64,000 nucleotides of DNA from NCBI GenBank assembly GCA_043814545.1, contig JBDRJY010000018.1:18046-82045 (forward strand), given 5' to 3'. Positions within the stretch are counted from its first letter, which is position 1, and every line of letters begins with the position of its first letter. The position numbers and the translations under genes were made by a program. The DNA is from an archaeon. GTDB taxonomy: Archaea > Nanobdellota > Nanobdellia > SCGC-AAA011-G17 > GW2011-AR17. Below the pieces are notes generated by a model. That model was not told where the DNA came from. It did no database searches and was given only the letters and a program-made list of their open reading frames with translations. Of the stretch, positions 17,330 to 25,706 are shown in pieces.

Positions 17330-18067
17330 ATGTTAGTTGACGTACATGCACACTTGGATCATGCACAATTTAAGAAAGATTTGGACGAAGTTATTGGCCG
17401 TGCAAAGAAAGCCCGAATTGTAGCAGTGATTAATAATGGGTTAAACGTTGAAACCAATCGTCAGACTTTAGACCTTGCAAAAAAATATTCTATTATCAAA
17501 CCAGCCTTAGGTTTGTATCCTACTTTTGCTGAAAAAATGTCTATGCAAGAAATTAAAACTGAATTTGATTTTATTAAAAAACAAAAAATAATTGCAATTG
17601 GTGAATGTGGTTTGGACAACAAATATGTTCTGGATGAAAAGAAACAACAAAAAGTTTTTAGTATGATGATTGAACTTGCCGAAAAAATGAAACTACCAAT
17701 CATTGTACATTCACGACAGTCTGAAGAAAAAGCAATTGAAATGTTGGAGTCTTCAAAGCTAAAAAAAATAGTTATGCATTGTTTTTGTGGTGGCTTAAAA
17801 TTAGTGAAAAGAATAGAAAAAAATGGTTGGTATTTTTCTGTTCCTCCGTCGGTAAACTACTCTAAAACTTTTCAAGAGCTTGTTGAACAAGTTTCGATTA
17901 ATCAGTTGATAACTGAAACAGATTCTCCTTACCTCGCACACAAAAAAACTGTTAGAAATGAACCAGAAAATATTAAATATTCTATCCAAAAGATTTCTGA
18001 AATTAAAAAACTGGACTTGAATGAAGTTGAAAAAATATTTTACATGAACTTTCGACAAATTTTTTAA
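17330..18067 (+). CDS. TatD-family hydrolase/DNase
   Basis: VDVHAHLD, GECGLD, HSR and ETDSPY motifs; start is the internal ATG at 17330. Confidence 0.8.
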   Translation: MLVDVHAHLDHAQFKKDLDEVIGRAKKARIVAVINNGLNVETNRQTLDLAKKYSIIKPALGLYPTFAEKMSMQEIKTEFDFIKKQKIIAIGECGLDNKYVLDEKKQQKVFSMMIELAEKMKLPIIVHSRQSEEKAIEMLESSKLKKIVMHCFCGGLKLVKRIEKNGWYFSVPPSVNYSKTFQELVEQVSINQLITETDSPYLAHKKTVRNEPENIKYSIQKISEIKKLDLNEVEKIFYMNFRQIF

Positions 18068-18129
18068 AATAGAAACGTTTTTAAATTAAAAAACACACGG
18101 TTTAATTAATTAATTACAATAAAAAAAAC

Positions 18130-18136
18130 GAGGTGA
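18130..18136 (+). promoter_or_regulatory. Shine-Dalgarno GAGGTGA, 8 nt before the ATG at 18145
   Basis: Perfect anti-SD complement. Confidence 0.5.
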
Positions 18137-18144
18137 TAAATTTT

Positions 18145-18429
18145 ATGGCAGTTGTCAAAAGAAAACGTAAGGTATCTAAGCAGAAGACATCCAAAACTAA
18201 AGCCACTCGTAAGAAAGCAACTAAGAAAAAAGTTACTTCAAGGAAAGTAGCTAAGAAAAAAGTTACTCCTAAGAAAGTAGCTAAGAAAAAAGTTGCTAAG
18301 AAAAAACCGGTTAAGAAAAAAGTTACTAAAAAGAAAGTAGCAGTTAAGAAAGCGCCGGTTAAAAGAAAACGAGTAGTTAAACGGAAACCCGCTAAAAGTA
18401 AGGTTACCAAACGAAGAAAAAAGAAATAA
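18145..18429 (+). CDS. Highly basic Lys-rich tandem-repeat protein (histone H1/Hc1-like tail)
   Basis: 94 aa, about 45% Lys, with repeated KKKVT(x)KKVA units encoded by a roughly 27-nt DNA tandem repeat. Confidence 0.6.
   Translation: MAVVKRKRKVSKQKTSKTKATRKKATKKKVTSRKVAKKKVTPKKVAKKKVAKKKPVKKKVTKKKVAVKKAPVKRKRVVKRKPAKSKVTKRRKKK
18230..18360 (+). repeat. Tandem about 27-nt coding repeats (aagaaaaaagttact..aagaaagtagct)
   Basis: Visible periodicity of aagaaaaaagtt(a/g)ct within the Lys-rich gene. Confidence 0.5.
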
Positions 18430-18459
18430 AAATTTTATTTTTATTTTTTCTTTATTTTT

Positions 18460-19056
18460 TTAAATATCAAATTTCATTCCAGTTGGTCCAGGATTAACAA
18501 CTAAAGTTTTACCAAGAACTTCTTTTTCACCAAAAGTTTCATGTATATGGCCACAAAGGTGTAAGATTGGTTTTACTTCTAGAATTAATTTTCTAATTGA
18601 TTTACAGCCAACATGTCCGAACCCAGGTATTAAATCTAACTTTGTGTCTATTGGCGGACCATGTGTGAAGGTAATAACAACATTATCTTTTTTAATCGTT
18701 TTTGCAAATTTATTTACAACTTTTTCAAATTCTGTGTTCTCTTTTGAAAAACCACCGCCTCCATAACCAAAAAATAAATAATTATTAATTTCATAACATC
18801 CTTTATGGAGGTAAGCAACAAAATCAAACTTTTCTGCGATTTGTGATAAACCCGATTCATGTTCATGATTTCCTGGTATTAGAAGGAAAGGTTTTCCGAA
18901 TCTTTTGAACTGAGAAATAATTTTTTCATCATGTTCTCCCCAATCTCCAACATCTCCTAAACAAATTATTATATCTACATCCTCTGTAACTTTTTTTAAC
19001 AATTTACTTAATGCTTTTCTATCTCCGTGTAGATCTCCAAATGCTAAAATTCTCAT
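18460..19056 (-). CDS. Calcineurin-like metallophosphoesterase (YfcE/MJ0936 family)
   Basis: FGDLHGD, GDVGD, GNHE, GHIHE motifs. Confidence 0.75.
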   Translation of the reverse strand: MRILAFGDLHGDRKALSKLLKKVTEDVDIIICLGDVGDWGEHDEKIISQFKRFGKPFLLIPGNHEHESGLSQIAEKFDFVAYLHKGCYEINNYLFFGYGGGGFSKENTEFEKVVNKFAKTIKKDNVVITFTHGPPIDTKLDLIPGFGHVGCKSIRKLILEVKPILHLCGHIHETFGEKEVLGKTLVVNPGPTGMKFDI

Positions 19057-19108
19057 AAGGATTTTAGAATAATAAAGTGTTTTTATATCTTTTGGAAAGA
19101 AAAAAAGA

Positions 19109-19135
19109 AGGAAGAAGACAATTGTCCTTCTTCCT
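19109..19135. other. Hairpin AGGAAGAAG-(acaattgtc)-CTTCTTCCT
   Basis: 9-bp perfect stem; the first of several dyad elements in the 19.06-19.50 kb non-coding region. Confidence 0.5.
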
Positions 19136-19500
19136 CAGGACTATCAAGCACGGTATCACCTCCTTTTATTTATGTGTTGATAATTAGGTTTGATTGGCAG
19201 TTGTTGCAGCTGTTGACTTAACAGTTGTTCGATTGTATCATTTGAGAGATCTATCAAAATACCACCCCTTGGTTTTTTCTTAAGTAGCTTAAGACAGACC
19301 GTCTTGCTACTTTATTCATGCGTCTTGTTTGGGCTCGGATATGTGCAATTTTCACGTAATCTTCCCATGTTATATAGCTCTCACTATTCTTGTTGAATAT
19401 CAATTTTGTTCCCTCCTTTTTCAGCTCCAGTGAGCTGTATAATTAGATAATCAAAATTTGTTTAAAAACCTCACGCGCACCCGTGTCAAGTGGCAAGTGG

Positions 19501-20550
19501 TTACTTTTCTTTCGTTTCAAGAACAGAATATTTGCCACCTTGGGCACTCATTTCCTCGGTAATAATGATTAAATTGGCTTCTTCCAGCATTTTCAGTTTA
19601 CGATGAAACGTTCTATACGACTTGTCAAAATCTTTTTTATACAGTTCATACATCTCAGTACTAGTCTTGCTTTTGTTAGCTTTAATCATTTTAAGAACTT
19701 CCTTACATTCTTTATCCAAATCCTTAGAATTAATTGGTTTAAAATCATTTAACTTAGATATAGCTAAATCCGAATGTTCAGGTTTAATTTGTTTAAGACT
19801 TTTATTTTCAGCAGCTGTACCAGCTTCACGTAACAAAAATAAACCAGTACGAACATCTTCAAGCTCAAAAGCTTTGTCTGCAACTTTTTCCAAGGCTTCA
19901 TTAGTCCAAACAGTTGGAACGAACGCCATTTCTACACGTTGTTGTAAAATGCCTAATATTTCATCGTAGTTGTAAGGCTTAAACTCCAGAATTTCAGGTA
20001 ATAATCTAGACTTAACTCTTTGATCTAATTGTACAAGCCAATCTTTGTCGTTAGTTATAAGGAAAATTGATTTTTTGTATAAATCTTCTAAAAGTTGGTA
20101 CAGAACTTGGTCAGCATCTATCTTATCAATTTCGTCGAGTATTATTACTGCAGCTTTTTTATTTAAGATTTCTGCAATGTTTTTCATAAGCTCATCAGTT
20201 TTTTTATTATGTGTCCATTTGTATCCTATCTGGTCACAGATTTCTAAAACAATTTTATGTGGAGTATCCTTTTTCCAACAATTAATATAAATTGGTAGGA
20301 TAGAATCAGTTTCTTTTTGCATTTCTCTTAGAACAAATCTGCAGGCAGCAGTCTTTCCTATGCCAGGTGCACCGGTAATCAAAATATTTTTACCCATTCT
20401 ACCAGAGAATAAAGGTTTGATACAAGTAGCTAAGTACTTTTGTTGTTCTTCTCTAAATTTGATAATGTGAGGTAGATAATCAAAATCTAAAGCGAATTCA
20501 TTTATGAACAAAGATTCATCTTCTTTTAACATTCCATTAAAAAGTCCCAT
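19501..20550 (-). CDS. cdc6: Orc1/Cdc6 replication initiator (AAA+ with winged helix)
   Basis: Walker A ITGAPGIGKTA, Walker B ILDEID, C-terminal winged-helix region. Confidence 0.9.
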   Translation of the reverse strand: MGLFNGMLKEDESLFINEFALDFDYLPHIIKFREEQQKYLATCIKPLFSGRMGKNILITGAPGIGKTAACRFVLREMQKETDSILPIYINCWKKDTPHKIVLEICDQIGYKWTHNKKTDELMKNIAEILNKKAAVIILDEIDKIDADQVLYQLLEDLYKKSIFLITNDKDWLVQLDQRVKSRLLPEILEFKPYNYDEILGILQQRVEMAFVPTVWTNEALEKVADKAFELEDVRTGLFLLREAGTAAENKSLKQIKPEHSDLAISKLNDFKPINSKDLDKECKEVLKMIKANKSKTSTEMYELYKKDFDKSYRTFHRKLKMLEEANLIIITEEMSAQGGKYSVLETKEK

Positions 20551-20627
20551 TTGAAAAAGGTTAATGATTGAATTTAAATAGATTACCCTAATAAAACATA
20601 TAAGTAACTACGATATTTGTTAAAGTT

Positions 20628-21227
20628 ATGATAAAGGCAATTATTTTTGATTTTGGTGGTGTATTTTCTAATTACGGTTCGTTTGCACCTTTTGTTAAAT
20701 TTTATGCTTCAAAGTTTGATAAGGATATTGATGAATTTTATGAAGTTATAAGAAAACATTATCGGGATGCAAGAGTTAACAAAATTTCGGGTAATCAGTT
20801 TTGGAAAGAGGTAGCTAAATATTTGGGAAATGAACCTGAACAAGTTCAGAAGGATTGCATGAAATTTTTTGGGTTTAATGAAAAAGTAAGAGAGCTTGCA
20901 GTAAAGTTAAAAAAACATTATAAGTTAGGTATTTTATCTAATCATGTTGAAAATTGGTTTGACTTGGAATTAAAAAAGCATAAGCTTTACGACTTAATTG
21001 ATGAGGTTGTTGTTTCTTACGAAGAAAAGATGGTTAAACCTGAAGAAGAATTTTATTTGTTAATTGTTAACCGTTTAAATGTAAAACCAAACGAATGTGT
21101 TTTTATTGATGATCAGTATCGGAATTTGGTATCGGCTGACAAGTTAGGAATAAAAGTTGTACATTTCAGAGATATAGAACAAGTGAAAGAAGATCTTAAA
21201 AAATTAAATGTTAATCTAAATGACTAG
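20628..21227 (+). CDS. HAD-superfamily hydrolase
   Basis: IIFDFGGV motif I, SN motif II, (V)FIDD motif IV. Confidence 0.7.
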   Translation: MIKAIIFDFGGVFSNYGSFAPFVKFYASKFDKDIDEFYEVIRKHYRDARVNKISGNQFWKEVAKYLGNEPEQVQKDCMKFFGFNEKVRELAVKLKKHYKLGILSNHVENWFDLELKKHKLYDLIDEVVVSYEEKMVKPEEEFYLLIVNRLNVKPNECVFIDDQYRNLVSADKLGIKVVHFRDIEQVKEDLKKLNVNLND

Positions 21228-21792
21228 TATTATCTAACATTAAAGTTTCATGACCATCGTCATTAACTTCAAACATACTAATGCTAGTATTACTCACATG
21301 TTCTATCTCTGGAAATTTGCTTGCATGAAGTTTTCTTAATATAATTAATATTGCTTTTCCAACACCACCATGCGCAACGAAAAGGACAATATCGTTTTTA
21401 TGTTTGGTATAAACAGAATTGAAAAAATTTTGCACACGTAGTACCATTTTTTCTGGTGTTTCTGCACCTTCAGGCAGACCATGAAGATCAATTAGTTTTC
21501 CTATTTCTACATGTGGCATTCCATGCCAGTCGGCACACATATATTTTTCCCTTAAACTTTTAACAAATTCAATAGGAGTATCAGGATGAAACTTTGCAAT
21601 TTCCTTGGCAGTATTAGCAGCACGACCTAAATCGCTAGAATAAATATAATCAATATTTTCATCTTTTAGTTTAACAGCAACTTTACGAGCTTGCTCCCAG
21701 CCTAACTCAGTCAACTCGCCGTCAGATTGTCCTTGATGAGTTTTTTCAATATTGCCAACAGTTTGTCCGTGCCGTATAAAGATAAGTTTCAT
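21211..21792 (-). CDS. Histidine phosphatase family protein (phosphoglycerate mutase-like)
   Basis: LIFIRHGQTVGN catalytic RHG motif; start is the internal ATG at 21792. Confidence 0.75.
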   Translation of the reverse strand: MKLIFIRHGQTVGNIEKTHQGQSDGELTELGWEQARKVAVKLKDENIDYIYSSDLGRAANTAKEIAKFHPDTPIEFVKSLREKYMCADWHGMPHVEIGKLIDLHGLPEGAETPEKMVLRVQNFFNSVYTKHKNDIVLFVAHGGVGKAILIILRKLHASKFPEIEHVSNTSISMFEVNDDGHETLMLDNTSHLD

Positions 21793-21865
21793 AGTTTTAA
21801 AGAGATAATAGATATTATATAAAATTAACCCACGGGGAAAAACCTTAAATATTTCTTTCTTCAAT

Positions 21866-22339
21866 ATGAAAACAATGGAAGAAAAGATTTTTCTTAAAGT
21901 TGAAGAGTCCCGGAAACGGTATTGGCACCTTTACCTTATAATAATCTTATTCATAGCATTATTTGCTTATGTTTACTTACAGATTTCTCAATCTTCGTAT
22001 GTATTATTAATTCTTGTACCTTCTCTGATAATAGCAATAGCATTAGAAATTGCAAGGTTGGGTAATATTCTTTATGTAATGGAATCTGGTGTAAGAAAAG
22101 AGGAAGGCGTTTTTAACAAAAAATATATTGACATTGATTATGTTGACATCTTAAGAATAGTTGCAAAGAAAACAGTTATTCAACGAGTCTTAAATTATGG
22201 TGATTTAGAATTTGATGCATCTGGTATGGGCGATGCAGCAGTAGAAATTCGTAACATCTCTAACCCTTTATTTGTTAAAGCTAAAATTGAAGATATGATG
22301 GATTCAATTAAAGGTAAAGAATCAGTAAAGAAAAAATAA
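21866..22339 (+). CDS. Membrane protein, bacterial-PH (YdbS/DUF304-like) candidate
   Basis: Two TM helices followed by a PH-like beta region. Confidence 0.45.
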   Translation: MKTMEEKIFLKVEESRKRYWHLYLIIILFIALFAYVYLQISQSSYVLLILVPSLIIAIALEIARLGNILYVMESGVRKEEGVFNKKYIDIDYVDILRIVAKKTVIQRVLNYGDLEFDASGMGDAAVEIRNISNPLFVKAKIEDMMDSIKGKESVKKK

Positions 22340-22693
22340 TTAAATTTCTTTAATTCCATCTTGAGTAATTGCAATCAACCTGATACCTATTCCTAAGTTA
22401 AACAATGCAGCTATGATTGCCATATGTTCTTTACCAGAACCAGAAACAACGTTAAGTGCAACTTCGTTCTTAAGTTTATCTTTTAATTCTGCAGTAATAT
22501 AATTTTTAATTTCTTCTAAAGGAGTAATAGGATTTATTACGATAAAATTAACTTTTTTTTCAGTTGTAAAATTCTTTTGACCGAACTCATTTGTAATAAG
22601 ATAAATATTAGTCCAATCTTTTTCGTTAATAAGTCTTCCAACGTGGCCCCAAGTGCCTTTCCCGGTTGATAAGTTAGCTACCAAATCTGTCAT
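22340..22693 (-). CDS. hypothetical protein
   Basis: 117-aa ORF; no motif recognised. Confidence 0.45.
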   Translation of the reverse strand: MTDLVANLSTGKGTWGHVGRLINEKDWTNIYLITNEFGQKNFTTEKKVNFIVINPITPLEEIKNYITAELKDKLKNEVALNVVSGSGKEHMAIIAALFNLGIGIRLIAITQDGIKEI

Positions 22694-22755
22694 ATATATA
22701 CACCAAATTAGATATAAAGTATATTCTATATATAAGGTTTATTATTGTATAATAT

Positions 22756-23010
22756 TTATTCTATTTTTTTAAACATTAAGTTACCTTCACCATCAACAGC
22801 ACCGCAACGTGTTATAGCCATTGCCATGTTATCTTCTTGACAGATTGCAAACAACTTTTTAGCTACAGCACAGGATTCAAAATTATTATTTTTATGTTCA
22901 CATAACCGGCAAAGGTTTTCACTTCGTCTTTTTTCATCCATTTCGGTGTTAGCCCAAATTTCTTTAGGTTCATCCCGATATTTATTTTTCACTAATTCAA
23001 TATTTACCAT
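22756..23010 (-). CDS. hypothetical Cys-containing small protein
   Basis: 84 aa with CRLCEH...C...C spacing that may bind metal. Confidence 0.4.
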   Translation of the reverse strand: MVNIELVKNKYRDEPKEIWANTEMDEKRRSENLCRLCEHKNNNFESCAVAKKLFAICQEDNMAMAITRCGAVDGEGNLMFKKIE

Positions 23011-23114
23011 AAAACATTATATTGTAATAATAACTATTTAACTTTAACTAAATTTTTTAAACGAATTCCAAAATTTTATAAATTATTATTCTATTAGAAT
23101 TAGGAGAGAACAAT

Positions 23115-23606
23115 ATGCCAACACAAATTTTATATCAAACTTGGAGAGGTGGGATTGGTTTGGGAGATCCAAAAGAACTCATTGGTTATTGTATAGAATC
23201 ACCAATTGAAGTTTTGCAAAAGGTATTTCAAACCTATGCAATTCATAAATTTCAGGGATTATCTAGGCCCGTAGATTGGGCCCATCCAAATGATTGTTTA
23301 GGATTAAACATAACTGAAACAGAAGCACCTCCTGGAACATTAATTATAGGAAATTTCCAAGATTTAGATTTGAGCCGAGCAAGAATAGATTATCAAAGAA
23401 CAGAACAAACATATAGGCATGCTTTAAAAAAAACAATGGCCCGTCATTTGAATCAAAAAGGAATAAGTTATTTAAGTACAAGAGACCAAAAAAAAATAGA
23501 GGATTTCGAAAGTAGGCTTCTGCTAGTATTAGAAGTAGCACAAGTTACGTTAGGGATTGAAAAACCAACTGTTAAAGATTTGCAACAGATACTTCAAGGA
23601 AAATAA
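23115..23606 (+). CDS. hypothetical protein
   Basis: 163-aa ORF. Confidence 0.45.
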   Translation: MPTQILYQTWRGGIGLGDPKELIGYCIESPIEVLQKVFQTYAIHKFQGLSRPVDWAHPNDCLGLNITETEAPPGTLIIGNFQDLDLSRARIDYQRTEQTYRHALKKTMARHLNQKGISYLSTRDQKKIEDFESRLLLVLEVAQVTLGIEKPTVKDLQQILQGK

Positions 23607-23607
23607 T

Positions 23608-24219
23608 TTATTTTAATTCTTTAACTAATTTCAAAGCTTCGTTAACCATAGAATCAACATCTAACTTACTTTCTTGGTCTTCAATCTTTTCGACAGTTGA
23701 AAGAGTTGCAGGATTTTTGGGCGCTAAAACACAACATACTTCAGGCCCTTTAGAAATTTCATAAGTGCCAATTTCGCGAGCTAACTTAATAGTTTCATTT
23801 TTATCGTTACAAAGCAAAGGTCTAACAACCATAATATCCACAGCGTTATCAATTACGCCCATGTTAGAAAGCGTTTGGCTACCCACTTGTCCTAAGTTAT
23901 CGCCAGTGGAAAGAAAATTACAATTATATTTCTCAGCTAATTTTTCAGCAACACGGAACATTAAACGTCGAGTAAGAATATAATAAAACCTGTTATTACA
24001 TTTTTCAATAATTTCTTTATGCTGCATACCATTCTTAACTGTAAGAAACTTTGAACAACCTATTTTCTTGCTTAACTCTAAAGCTTTATCTTCAGCAAGT
24101 TGGTCAGTGAACGGTTCCATAGAAAAAAACACAGCAACGAGTTCGACACCTTTCTGTTTTAATAAATGTCCAGCTACTGGACTATCAAACCCGCCTGATA
24201 ATAATAAAAGGGATTTCAT
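23608..24219 (-). CDS. PP-loop ATP pyrophosphatase, ThiI-like (tRNA sulfurtransferase catalytic domain only)
   Basis: SGGFDSP PP-loop at the N-terminus; no THUMP domain; 203 aa. Confidence 0.65.
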   Translation of the reverse strand: MKSLLLLSGGFDSPVAGHLLKQKGVELVAVFFSMEPFTDQLAEDKALELSKKIGCSKFLTVKNGMQHKEIIEKCNNRFYYILTRRLMFRVAEKLAEKYNCNFLSTGDNLGQVGSQTLSNMGVIDNAVDIMVVRPLLCNDKNETIKLAREIGTYEISKGPEVCCVLAPKNPATLSTVEKIEDQESKLDVDSMVNEALKLVKELK

Positions 24220-24234
24220 AATAAAAAGAAAAAA

Positions 24235-24840
24235 TTATTTAGACCTGCTTTTATTAGCACGTCTGCTCGGTCTTAACTTCTCCGCGCCTTTACCTTTATT
24301 TCTTAAGCCACGACTTTTACGTGCGAAAGAAGTTTTACCACGGAAAACTCTGTTAGTTTGGCTTCGTGCACAGATCCATTCCATTTTAGGGTCTTTCTTA
24401 ATTTCGGGCCTGTAAGGGTCTACTAAAATTACTTCATAAAAGTAATGTATACCATCTTTGCCAACAAAATAAGAGTTTAATACTTCTAAGTTTTCAAATT
24501 TTCTTTGAACACGTTCTTCAGCAATCCATTGATAGCTTTTACCAACAATTTTTTGCCTTCTAGAAGTCTTAGATCTACGACCTTTCTTGATTTGTTCACG
24601 TTTACGTCCGCCTCTGTTTACTCGAACTCGGGCAAGAACGTAACCTTTTTTAGCTTTGTAGCCAACGCTACGTGCTCTGTCTAACCTGGTTGGTCGGTCA
24701 ATTTTTACAATGGCATTTTCTTTTCGCCATGCAACCATTCGAAGCCTGTGCATTTCCTTATGCTCACCGGTCAGCTTTTTCCATAAGTTTCTTATGTGTT
24801 TGTACATTTTTTGTTCCAATTTGAGGTTCAGGTAGCCCAA
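24235..24840 (-). CDS. rpl15e: Ribosomal protein L15e (eL15)
   Basis: MGYLN..IRNLWKK...RPTRLDRARSVGYKAKKGYVLARVRVNRGGRKR. Confidence 0.9.
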   Translation of the reverse strand: MGYLNLKLEQKMYKHIRNLWKKLTGEHKEMHRLRMVAWRKENAIVKIDRPTRLDRARSVGYKAKKGYVLARVRVNRGGRKREQIKKGRRSKTSRRQKIVGKSYQWIAEERVQRKFENLEVLNSYFVGKDGIHYFYEVILVDPYRPEIKKDPKMEWICARSQTNRVFRGKTSFARKSRGLRNKGKGAEKLRPSRRANKSRSK

Positions 24841-24952
24841 CCATTGTGACTAGTCCCACATTCCTCTAAATCTAGGGTATTTGAAGAAATAATTTCTTTT
24901 TAAATGTTTGGTTTTTCGCTTTGCATGTTTATCCGATTTAGCTGTTAAGTAA

Positions 24953-25621
24953 TCACCAATGTTTTATCCTAAGTTTTAACCACCACGGTTTTCTGGAAGC
25001 TTTATATTCAATATTTTCTATAAAATTAAACATGTCTAGCCAATCTTCTTCTAATTGAGATTTACTTTCTGGATTTAAATAATAATCTTGAAAACAATCA
25101 GCAAAAAATTCTCCAGGATATTTATAAAAATGAGGAGTAAATTCTTCTTTATTGGAAGCCATCAAATTTAAAAATATAGGATTGCGGGAAAAATTTCTCC
25201 TAGTAAACAATTTTCCGATACGGGAATCAACAGCATGTCCAACTTCATGTAATATACTTTCAGTACGCGGTTCTTTTATTTCCCATACTTTATTAAAATC
25301 AAGAATCGGCTCCAAACCAATAAGAATTGAACCATAATAATCATTGTAAGCCATATCAATATCGTCCCAATATCTAGGATCTTCAACAGGGTCAACTTGA
25401 AGACCTTTAACACCAAGAAATTCTGGCTGATCAGTTAATAACATTTCACTATAAAATGCAATATAAACATTGTCTTCAATTAAAATATCTAAAATGCATG
25501 AAGGCACTTTATCCAAATGTTTTAAACATTTCTGAACATAAACATTATCATTTTCAATGTTACGATAGAATATAGATGGAAAAAGTTTTTCATTCATAAT
25601 CAATCGTGGTAGATATAACAT
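24953..25621 (-). CDS. Putative Zn-metallopeptidase (HExxH)
   Basis: ILHEVGHAVDS motif; 222 aa. Confidence 0.45.
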   Translation of the reverse strand: MLYLPRLIMNEKLFPSIFYRNIENDNVYVQKCLKHLDKVPSCILDILIEDNVYIAFYSEMLLTDQPEFLGVKGLQVDPVEDPRYWDDIDMAYNDYYGSILIGLEPILDFNKVWEIKEPRTESILHEVGHAVDSRIGKLFTRRNFSRNPIFLNLMASNKEEFTPHFYKYPGEFFADCFQDYYLNPESKSQLEEDWLDMFNFIENIEYKASRKPWWLKLRIKHW

Positions 25622-25673
25622 AATTATAGAATTTTCCTCTAAAATTTAAGCTTTTCTAAAAATTTAACAATAA

Positions 25674-25681
25674 CTTTATAA
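25674..25681 (+). promoter_or_regulatory. TATA box, 26 nt before the ATG at 25707
   Basis: aataacTTTATAAAtg. Confidence 0.45.
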
Positions 25682-25706
25682 ATGAAAAATCCTTGTCCTT
25701 TATATA

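Noticed and set aside
19150-19168. GGTATCACCTCCTTT resembling the 3' end of 16S rRNA (anti-SD)
   Set aside because: Only about 13 nt of similarity and the upstream sequence does not match the 16S 3' domain; treated as chance, or at most as an SD on the opposite strand.
19057-19500. SRP RNA or RNase P RNA in the orc1-adjacent gap
   Set aside because: No CCGGAAGG/GNAR helix-8 motif and no AGGAAAGUCC / ACAGAA P4 motifs on either strand; kept only as a generic ncRNA or origin candidate.
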